From NCBI GenBank assembly GCA_020635135.1, contig JACKAJ010000018.1, forward strand, positions 2,567 to 66,566: a DNA stretch of 64,000 nucleotides, in the 5' to 3' direction. The notes beneath the pieces are model-generated. The model ran no database searches and was not told the origin of the DNA. It saw nothing but the letters and a program-made list of their open reading frames with translations. The stretch comes from Halobacteriovoraceae bacterium. Lineage in GTDB: Bacteria > Bdellovibrionota > Bacteriovoracia > Bacteriovoracales > Bacteriovoracaceae. The position numbers were made by a program, and so were the translations under genes. This document shows positions 57,438 to 64,000 of the stretch, piece after piece (within the stretch, counting starts at the first letter, position 1; the number at the start of each line of letters is the position of its first letter).

Positions 57438-58869
57438 TATAATCTTTTAAATAATCGTTAATTTCACCGTGCAGAAGTGCAATTTGGGCAGCAACCAGCT
57501 GATATTTGGCAATGTACTGAAAATAACTTTTTTCAGCACCCAATAATTCATCTTCGGCATTGAGGACCTGATCTAGATCCACCTGCCCTCTTTCGTAACG
57601 TTTCGTTTGCTCTTTCAGAACTTTCTTTCCTAGATCTAGTCTTCTTTGTGCTGACTGGATATTTTGGTGAGAGCTTTTGAATTCACGATATAATTGATCA
57701 TTTTTAAGATGCAGATCTTTTTGCAGATCAGTCAGTGATAATTTAACTTTCTGGGCCTCAATGTTTTTATTCACACGTGTGATTTCAGAAGAACTTTCAC
57801 CAAAGGGAACATTAAAGCTTAAAACCACGGCCTTAGAATCGTAGGTGGAATCAGACTGAGCATCCGAAAAAGCGTCACTATAGTTATTATCAATAGCTCC
57901 TCGAGAATATTCAAAACTCAACTTAACATCGGGATTATCTTGAAAATCCAAGGCCTCCACTTCGCTTTCCAGTGCACTTAAACGCTTCTTTAAGATCTGA
58001 TAATTTTTATTCTGATTAAAATCTTTTTTAGGCTCAATTGTTAGCTCCTTAAAATTTTCATCAAAATGCGCTATCTCTTCTCCCAAAACATCTCTTTCGA
58101 CTAACATCGAGAGTTCATTTAAAGTTTGTTCAAATTCTGTTTTCGAGTTTTCCAGGAGTTCCTCACTCACCAGATACGAACTTCCCACGCGAAAGTAATC
58201 CGCCCTAATGGCTATACCGTCCTTGTAGCGTTTTTCAATCAACTTCTTTCTCACTCGCGAACGATCTAGGGATTCGCGGTTTAAACCCAACATTGTTTTG
58301 GAAAGTTTGGCATTGAGATAATAAGAATAAAGCTCTAGCAGAGTCGTTTCCTCAACGGAATCGAGCTGTGATTGAGCTGCTCGGTAATTGAGTTCAGCTG
58401 ATTCAAGATTCAAGCGATAAGACTTCCCAAAGACATTGCGACTTAAATCTTGAGAATAGGAAAGTTTATTTTCTATCAAATAGGCAATATCGCCACCATT
58501 AGCGGTTTTATAGGCAGCGTCCCACATAGAAATATCTTGGCGAGTATACTCGTGAGTAAATTTCAAAACCCCGCCCCAAGAAAAGGGAAGACCTAAACTC
58601 ACTGAAGGGCTAAGACTTTTAGTTTCCTGAGAAGAAAAACTAAACAAGCTAGCATCTCGCCCCTCCCTGTAAGTAGCAGAACCATCCAGGAAAAGATTAG
58701 TCGTACTCTCCACTGCTTTAATTTGATTCTCATTTTGCTTAAGTGTGTATTCTTCTTTTTTAATAGTTGTATTTTTTTTATGGAGCTCTCCGACCAGATT
58801 TTGAAAACCCGCAAGGCAAGTCCCTTGAATAACAAGAAAAAGAGAGAGAAAAAATCCAATTTTAAGCAT
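57430..58869 (-). CDS. TolC-family outer-membrane efflux protein
   Basis: Signal MLKIGFFLSLFLVIQGTCLA|G from the ATG at 58869. Two-repeat coiled architecture of the OEP family. The stop overlaps the RND start by 8 nt. Confidence 0.8.
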   Translation of the reverse strand: MLKIGFFLSLFLVIQGTCLAGFQNLVGELHKKNTTIKKEEYTLKQNENQIKAVESTTNLFLDGSATYREGRDASLFSFSSQETKSLSPSVSLGLPFSWGGVLKFTHEYTRQDISMWDAAYKTANGGDIAYLIENKLSYSQDLSRNVFGKSYRLNLESAELNYRAAQSQLDSVEETTLLELYSYYLNAKLSKTMLGLNRESLDRSRVRKKLIEKRYKDGIAIRADYFRVGSSYLVSEELLENSKTEFEQTLNELSMLVERDVLGEEIAHFDENFKELTIEPKKDFNQNKNYQILKKRLSALESEVEALDFQDNPDVKLSFEYSRGAIDNNYSDAFSDAQSDSTYDSKAVVLSFNVPFGESSSEITRVNKNIEAQKVKLSLTDLQKDLHLKNDQLYREFKSSHQNIQSAQRRLDLGKKVLKEQTKRYERGQVDLDQVLNAEDELLGAEKSYFQYIAKYQLVAAQIALLHGEINDYLKDYNE

Positions 58870-58936
58870 GGGCCAGCATAGCAAAAGCCATAACCTTTGT
58901 CAGTGAAGACTCGTAAATTTTGCCTGGAATTAGCCC

Positions 58937-58965
58937 TTGAATTTAATTGGGTTTTACGCTATACA
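58937..58965 (+). promoter_or_regulatory. Candidate sigma-70 promoter of rnpB
   Basis: TTGAAT, 17 nt, TATACA. The predicted start ~7 nt downstream coincides with the 5' strand of the P1 helix. Confidence 0.5.
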
Positions 58966-58971
58966 TTATCT

Positions 58972-59264
58972 GCTGAGAAAGAGGAGATATCGCTCAGGTT
59001 CGCCTGGGAGGAAAGTCCGGACACCATAGGGTACCGTAGCGGATAACGTCCGCCCACCGCAAGGTGAGGACAAGTGCAACAGAAAGAATGTACGGTTCGG
59101 CCGTAGTGAAATCAGGTAAACTCTACGGGGTGCAAGTCCACGTAGGTCAGCGCTCGATGCCGTCCCGGCAAAAGCTGACGGGTAGGACGCATGAGTGGTT
59201 GAGCAATTAACCACCTAGAGGAATGATATCATAGAACAGAATCCGGCTTACTCTCTTTCTCAGC
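58972..59264 (+). ncRNA. rnpB: RNase P RNA (bacterial type A, compact)
   Basis: P1 is GCTGAGAAAGAG/CTCTTTCTCAGC. Universally conserved blocks are present: GGAAAGTCCGGAC-ACCATAGGGT, AGTGCAACAGAAAG, AGGTAAACTC, GGGTAGGACGCATGAG and ACAGAATCCGGCTTA. Confidence 0.9.
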
Positions 59265-60296
59265 TTTTTTTACAGCTTTCAAACTCGCTGTGGTCACATT
59301 TTCTTTAGCCATTTTATCGAGAGCAATGTAGCGATAAGAGTTTTCTTTTAATCGAAGAAATTTTTCATCAAAGTTTTTTAAAATATAATTCTCAATATTA
59401 TATTTTGTAATATTCGTTTTATATTTTTTTAATTTTTCCACATCTACTGATTTGTCCAAATAAGGATATTGCTTCAAAGCTTTATCTTCTGAGTGCAAAA
59501 TAAAAGTCGGAAGTTCCCACTGCCCTTCTAACCACTTTCCTCTAGGTCTTTTGACCACCAAAACTTTTTCATTTTTTGTTACCAACACACGCAATAATTT
59601 TAAACTTAGCAAACTTTGCTTTTTATTTTCTTCAACTTTGGGATATGAGAAAGGTTCTCCACTTTTGTAAGCCTGACACTGAGATTTCAAAGGGCAACGC
59701 TCACAAGCCAGTTTTCTTGCTTGACAGATTTCTCTCCCTAGATCCATCACTGCTTCGTTTAGGAATTGATAATTGAGATCATCTGAAAATATTTTTTGGG
59801 ATTCAAAAAGTCTTTTCACTTTTCTTTGAGCCGCGATTCCCTTGGATTCATTTATCCCCAAAAAGCGCGCCATCACTCTTTCAATATTGGCATCAATCGC
59901 TAAAGCCTTTTTTTGCATTCCAATCGCCAAAAGAGCATTAGCCGTATATTCACCAATTCCTGGAATTGCTTTTAACTCATCTATGGTCTTAGGAAATTCT
60001 CCCCCGAACTGATCCCAAAGAACTTCCGCCGCTTTTTTGAGGTTACGAGCACGACGATAATAACCCAATCCTTTCCACGCAATGAGTACTTCTTCTTCAC
60101 TTGCACTCGCGAGTGATTTTACAGAAGGAAATTGTTTCAAAAATCGTCCATAATGTTTAAGAACAGTGCTTACTGTCGTTTGCTGGAGCATAATTTCAGA
60201 CACAAGAGTCGAATACAAAGTTCGCTCTTTTCTCCAAGGCAAATGGTGATGTTGCTCACGCGACCAAGCAATAAGATCTATGAAGACATTATTCAT
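59229..60296 (-). CDS. mutY: A/G-specific adenine DNA glycosylase
   Basis: HhH-GPD block (IPGIGEYTANALLA), a 4Fe-4S loop C-x6-C-x2-C-x5-C (CQARKLACERCPLKSQC), and a C-terminal NUDIX-like domain. Confidence 0.9.
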   Translation of the reverse strand: MNNVFIDLIAWSREQHHHLPWRKERTLYSTLVSEIMLQQTTVSTVLKHYGRFLKQFPSVKSLASASEEEVLIAWKGLGYYRRARNLKKAAEVLWDQFGGEFPKTIDELKAIPGIGEYTANALLAIGMQKKALAIDANIERVMARFLGINESKGIAAQRKVKRLFESQKIFSDDLNYQFLNEAVMDLGREICQARKLACERCPLKSQCQAYKSGEPFSYPKVEENKKQSLLSLKLLRVLVTKNEKVLVVKRPRGKWLEGQWELPTFILHSEDKALKQYPYLDKSVDVEKLKKYKTNITKYNIENYILKNFDEKFLRLKENSYRYIALDKMAKENVTTASLKAVKKAEKESKPDSVL

Positions 60297-60299
60297 AGA

Positions 60300-61112
60300 C
60301 TAATTGGTACAGTATTTTTTTATTTTTTCAACTCTAGAAGGGAGATTTTCAGGATAAAGAACTTTTTTTGCATCATTTCCAATAAAAATGGCTCTCTCTT
60401 GAAAAGCGTAGTCCATAAACTTCTTATGGGCCTCGGTTCTATCAGTAATAATGATGAGTCGTTTTGCTCGCGATCTTTTAATCCAGCGAATGAGTAATGA
60501 ATCATCCGTAATAGCTTTGGCTTGGCAAGCAGCCGTTGGATCTTGAATGCGATCAAGTTCATCGTTGAAAACATAAACAGAAACATTCCCGCAACTTTGC
60601 ATTAGTCTTCGAGCAAAACTCGATCGATAACATTCTTGTTGAATATCCACAGAGTCCAATCTCGACATACTTTCAGTAATATCGATATAAACATCGAGTG
60701 AAGATTTCGTGATCTTATGATCAGTCGCCTGCCCACAAAATTGATCAAAATAATTAGTGCTATCACAGTGGAAACGGTCACGTTTGAGAAGATCAAGAGT
60801 TGAGAGATCTTCATTTTCTGGAGCATTTTTTTCTATTTCTTTAATTTCTTCATCATATATAGCATGGGGGATCTCAACGATTTCTGAGTCTTCAATTTTT
60901 TTAGGATCATACATTCCTATTTGAGGATCAAAACAATATTCTCCCACTTTGGTGCATTGGTAGTGATTATTTTGGGCCAGGTTTTTGTAAGACTTTAGAT
61001 TGAGAAGTGTTGCCTCTATATCGGTTGAAAGTGACCACACCTCTATAATATCAGGAGTTGCCTGAGCCTGAGCTATCAATCCAAAAAATAAAATGCTCCA
61101 AAAAATTTTCAT
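60300..61112 (-). CDS. Secreted Cys-containing hypothetical protein, possibly vWA-like
   Basis: Signal MKIFWSILFFGLIAQAQA|T. The C-terminal half has a MIDAS-like DITESMS and a later LIIITDRTE strand, a weak vWA resemblance only. Confidence 0.5.
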   Translation of the reverse strand: MKIFWSILFFGLIAQAQATPDIIEVWSLSTDIEATLLNLKSYKNLAQNNHYQCTKVGEYCFDPQIGMYDPKKIEDSEIVEIPHAIYDEEIKEIEKNAPENEDLSTLDLLKRDRFHCDSTNYFDQFCGQATDHKITKSSLDVYIDITESMSRLDSVDIQQECYRSSFARRLMQSCGNVSVYVFNDELDRIQDPTAACQAKAITDDSLLIRWIKRSRAKRLIIITDRTEAHKKFMDYAFQERAIFIGNDAKKVLYPENLPSRVEKIKKYCTN

Positions 61113-61732
61113 CGCGTTTGCAATCTCTTTTGCTTAAAGTAGCGTAGTAATTGGTTACCGATATCGACTAATAAATCCTTCCCCTCTACATCTAGATCCA
61201 AAAAGTCATAGACGTAGGCCATTTGCCTGGGGCTTAAACTATTAATTTTATCGGTCAAGGAGAGATCTTTCTGATCGCTCTCTCCGGCATCCGGAAAGTT
61301 TTGATCGCCTTTTTTTATTTCACCTGACCTTGTTCCTCCTCCAAAAGAAAGTTTTCTCTTATTTTTTCCAAAACCAATAGAGAAACTCTGTTTCGCTTCT
61401 GATTGAGGGTCTCCACTTTCTTCTCTCGGCAATACTTGAGTGATCATCGTTTCATCTTTGTAAAATGCAACGAGCTTTTTAAATTTGGCATCGGATTCCT
61501 CTTCGATAAAATCGATAATCTCATGCAAGGGTATATCAAGGTAGGCCACAATCTTTGCAACCAGTTGCTCATCAATATCTTTGGTCTTTTGATTGAGAAA
61601 TCGGCTAAGTGTTGAAATTCCTACGTTTATGGCCTCAGCAAGATCCTTTTGAGAAAGATCACCTCTTATATGCATATACTTTCTTACGATTCCGATAAAC
61701 CAATCAATGGCGTCTTTGTTGAATTCAATCAT
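61109..61732 (-). CDS. XRE-family helix-turn-helix transcriptional regulator with a long C-terminal extension
   Basis: The HTH is LSQKDLAEAINVGISTLSRFLNQKTKD. SD AGGAGG lies upstream. The stop overlaps the next gene by 4 nt. Confidence 0.7.
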   Translation of the reverse strand: MIEFNKDAIDWFIGIVRKYMHIRGDLSQKDLAEAINVGISTLSRFLNQKTKDIDEQLVAKIVAYLDIPLHEIIDFIEEESDAKFKKLVAFYKDETMITQVLPREESGDPQSEAKQSFSIGFGKNKRKLSFGGGTRSGEIKKGDQNFPDAGESDQKDLSLTDKINSLSPRQMAYVYDFLDLDVEGKDLLVDIGNQLLRYFKQKRLQTR

Positions 61733-61795
61733 AATTTCAACCTCCTGAATTTCTTATCGAATTAAAATTTTTTTTTCTTAATGCAATAATTTTCC

Positions 61796-61824
61796 TTGAC
61801 GCAATTTGTCAAGAATTGTATACT
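61796..61824 (+). promoter_or_regulatory. Strong sigma-70-type promoter overlapped by a palindromic operator candidate
   Basis: TTGACG, 17 nt, TATACT. The -35 lies inside the inverted repeat CTTGAC-N7-GTCAAG (61795-61813). Confidence 0.55.
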
Positions 61825-61867
61825 GCAATTAGTTAAACGGCTCAGACCAACTAAGGAGGAAGGGGCA

Positions 61868-62287
61868 ATGAAAACAACTTTAATTGAAATGGATTTCATC
61901 TCACAAGATAATAAATATCTGAATTTAAAGGAGTTTTCTATCCAAGACAAATCCTACCATGGTGCAATCTTCTCTGGTTCCCGCCTAGAATCCTGCCTAT
62001 TCTACAATGTCACTTTCTCCTGTTGCACCTTTTATGCCAGCAATTTTGATGCATGTGACTTCAAAAATTGCAAATTCGAAAATTGCAAATTTATATTCTC
62101 ATACGTCAGCCAAACCAATTTTTATAGCTGTACAGTCAACAAATGCGAATTTCAGAATTTTTCCGGCCAATACAACACACTTTTTAACTGTAATTTCGAT
62201 ATGTTAGCCTTTGATACTTTTTTTACCGATGAAAATGACATGAAGTCTTGCTACGTCACGGATGACACCCACGTTATTGCATCTTAA
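61868..62287 (+). CDS. Small pentapeptide-repeat protein (about 15 repeats, Cys-rich)
   Basis: The ATG at 61868 lies 7 nt after AAGGAGGAAGGGG. There is 5-residue periodicity: SCLFY NVTFS CCTFY ASNFD ACDFK NCKFE NCKFI ... KCEFQ ... NCNFD MLAFD. Confidence 0.7.
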   Translation: MKTTLIEMDFISQDNKYLNLKEFSIQDKSYHGAIFSGSRLESCLFYNVTFSCCTFYASNFDACDFKNCKFENCKFIFSYVSQTNFYSCTVNKCEFQNFSGQYNTLFNCNFDMLAFDTFFTDENDMKSCYVTDDTHVIAS

Positions 62288-62340
62288 TTTCAAGGTGCAA
62301 TAGCTGGGGTAGCATAACACTCTCCTCTCCCTTTTCCCTA

Positions 62341-62371
62341 CCTCGCGCACTTAATCGCGCGAGGTTTTTTT
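62341..62371 (+). terminator. Rho-independent terminator of the pentapeptide-repeat gene
   Basis: CCTCGCGC-ACTTAATC-GCGCGAGG followed by TTTTTTT. Confidence 0.75.
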
Positions 62372-62465
62372 AGGTGCCTTTTAGGTGCCCATTTTTAGGT
62401 GCCAGGCTCTTTTCGTTAAACAAGCGCATTAAACGCACCGGTTTAACGAAAAGAGCCTGGCACCT
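62368..62465. repeat. Three direct 11-bp repeats (TTTTAGGTGCC) merging into a 25-bp perfect inverted repeat
   Basis: The direct units lie at 62368-62378, 62379-62389 and 62393-62403. The inverted-repeat arms are AGGTGCCAGGCTCTTTTCGTTAAAC (62397-62421) and its exact reverse complement (62441-62465), separated by a 19-nt loop. Confidence 0.85.
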
Positions 62466-62474
62466 ATGGGGGTG

Positions 62475-63155
62475 TTATTGATGAACGACTTTGGTATTTT
62501 TTGGAACATCGAAGACAAAATGTGTGCGCGAATAATTGAGATTTTGTTGAAAATCATCAAAGGTGAGAACCACTTCCTTATCGTCAGTGTAGATAAGCTT
62601 CATGGTTTTGATATCGCCGAGAGTAAACTGAGAACCTTCGGGAGCCTTCTTCTGCATATTGGGAGCTTTTGAAGCCCGCGAATTGAGAATCACACGTGAG
62701 ACAACTTGTTCGTCCGCGGTAAGATAAATCATTTTAAGATTAAGTTCTTTTTGAGTGCTGGGTTCAAAAATTAACTTGTACTCACCTACTTTGATCTTTT
62801 CGACTTTATAGAGCTTATTAGTTTTAAGCCCTGGCTTTAAAGTATCAAAGATTTTTCCATAAATATGGTTTTTGGCATTTCCTACTCGAACTTCAGACTT
62901 CTCTGATTTAATAAATGATGGAGTATAAAGCCAGCTGGTTTCATTATTGCTGATAAATTCTGTGTTGTTTTTAAATTCTTTGAAGCGAATATGCCCAGGG
63001 TACATGTACTCTAGGGAAGATTTGGTGTTGCGGATTTTTCCCGTAATTTCACTTTTATTAGACTGAACAATATTGACCTTAAAAGTTTGCGGTAAAAACT
63101 CATTGGCCTGAGCTTTCAAAGAAAAAACAAAGATAAGTATTAAGAGTCCTTTCAT
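62475..63155 (-). CDS. lolA: LolA-like outer-membrane lipoprotein carrier protein
   Basis: Signal MKGLLILIFVFSLKAQA|N. ~200-aa mature size. The pattern F.V..VQ....EITGKI....SSLEYMYPGHIRFKEF...EFISNNETSWLYTPS resembles the LolA fold signature. Confidence 0.6.
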   Translation of the reverse strand: MKGLLILIFVFSLKAQANEFLPQTFKVNIVQSNKSEITGKIRNTKSSLEYMYPGHIRFKEFKNNTEFISNNETSWLYTPSFIKSEKSEVRVGNAKNHIYGKIFDTLKPGLKTNKLYKVEKIKVGEYKLIFEPSTQKELNLKMIYLTADEQVVSRVILNSRASKAPNMQKKAPEGSQFTLGDIKTMKLIYTDDKEVVLTFDDFQQNLNYSRTHFVFDVPKNTKVVHQ

Positions 63156-63167
63156 CGTGAAACTCTC

Positions 63168-64000
63168 CTAGTGAAGTTGAACAGAGACAACCTTTGAAAC
63201 CCCTGGTTCCTGCATGGTAATACCATAAAGAGTATCATTGAGCTCCATCGTTTTCTTATTGTGTGTGATAACAATAAACTGAGATTCAGTACTCATCTCA
63301 CGCAACAATTGAGTAAAGCGCCCAACGTTGGCGTCATCAAGAGGGGCATCAACCTCATCTAAAAGACAGAATGGACTTGGTTTCACAAGAAAGATCGAGA
63401 ATATCAGCGCGACCGCAGTCATCGCTTTCTCCCCACCAGACATCAAATTGATATTTTGCATTTTCTTACCCGGAGGGCTTGCTATAATTTCCATTCCAAA
63501 TTCATCAGTATCCATCGTTCCCGTGAGGTGAAGTCTTGCACTTCCTCCTCCAAAGATAATCGGAAACACTTTCATGAATTTTTCGTTCACTTCTTCAAAG
63601 GCTTGAGTGAAACGCTCTTTTGATTTTTCATCTATTTTGTCGATGGCGACCAAAAGGTCATTAATTGATTTTTTAAGTTCTTCTTCTTGGTCTCTTAAAA
63701 AGTCGTAGCGAACTTTTTGACGATCATAATCTTCAACTGCTTGCCAGTTAATATGACCTAAGCGATTGAGTTGAGTTTTGTAATTTTTAAGTTTTTCCCG
63801 CGCTTCTTTAATTTGCGCTGGAAAACGCTTCGTAAATTCATACTCGGTGACTTCCACTCTTTGCGGACCTATCTCGGTTTCAGCATAGTACATGTCTTCA
63901 AGATCTTTAAGCACACTGACATTTTCAAAATCGAGCTGTAAGTACTCGAGAACCACGGCACGAAGATCCACTCGGTGTTGATCAAACATATTGCGAACTA
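63168..64000 (-). CDS. smc: Chromosome segregation protein SMC, C-terminal head segment (5' part beyond right edge)
   Basis: ABC signature LMSGGEKAMTAVALIF, Walker B PFCLLDEVDAPLDDANV, and a preceding coiled-coil. The frame stays open to nt 64000. Confidence 0.9.
   Translation of the reverse strand, partial: VRNMFDQHRVDLRAVVLEYLQLDFENVSVLKDLEDMYYAETEIGPQRVEVTEYEFTKRFPAQIKEAREKLKNYKTQLNRLGHINWQAVEDYDRQKVRYDFLRDQEEELKKSINDLLVAIDKIDEKSKERFTQAFEEVNEKFMKVFPIIFGGGSARLHLTGTMDTDEFGMEIIASPPGKKMQNINLMSGGEKAMTAVALIFSIFLVKPSPFCLLDEVDAPLDDANVGRFTQLLREMSTESQFIVITHNKKTMELNDTLYGITMQEPGVSKVVSVQLH

Noticed and set aside
58966-59214. 82-aa minus-strand ORF (MVNCSTTHASYPSAF...)
   Set aside because: It lies entirely inside the RNase P RNA gene. 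Its GC-rich, Arg/Pro/Ser-rich translation is the antisense of conserved rnpB blocks, so it is not a protein gene.

Overview
This is an AT-rich, densely coded chromosomal stretch from a diderm (Gram-negative) bacterium. It holds about 50 CDS, one tRNA, RNase P RNA and two riboswitches. The gene content and the many signal-peptide or lipobox proteins of unknown function suggest a Bdellovibrio-like predatory lineage, but that is inference only. Housekeeping genes dominate: ahcY-rpiB, type II thrB, a THUMP RNA methyltransferase, apt, dapF, a recD2-like helicase, fabI, hisS-valS, rnpB, mutY, lolA-like, and the 3' part of smc, which runs off the right edge. A sensor kinase probably runs off the left edge. 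Transport and envelope genes include a TPP riboswitch with an SSS transporter, a cobalamin-type riboswitch with a btuB-like receptor and tonB, an OPT transporter, a TolC plus RND pump with no adaptor gene, and an SPFH protein. One 8.7-kb gene encodes a ~2900-aa lipoprotein built from two duplicated GLUG-repeat modules, Ig-like repeats and three MAM domains. I found no transposase, integrase, CRISPR array, restriction/defence or toxin-antitoxin signature, so this looks like core chromosome rather than an island, and I cannot point to a clear-cut novel multi-gene system. The most unusual items are listed here. (1) A LysA-type PLP decarboxylase with a canonical twin-arginine export signal closes a 4-gene operon. 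(2) A NADAR-domain protein carries a signal peptide. (3) An XRE regulator and vWA-like gene pair lies divergent from a Cys-ladder pentapeptide-repeat gene, which is followed by 11-bp iteron-like repeats and a 25-bp perfect palindrome. (4) An outer-membrane beta-barrel gene is split by a frameshift. (5) A compact rnpB overlaps the 3' end of mutY.
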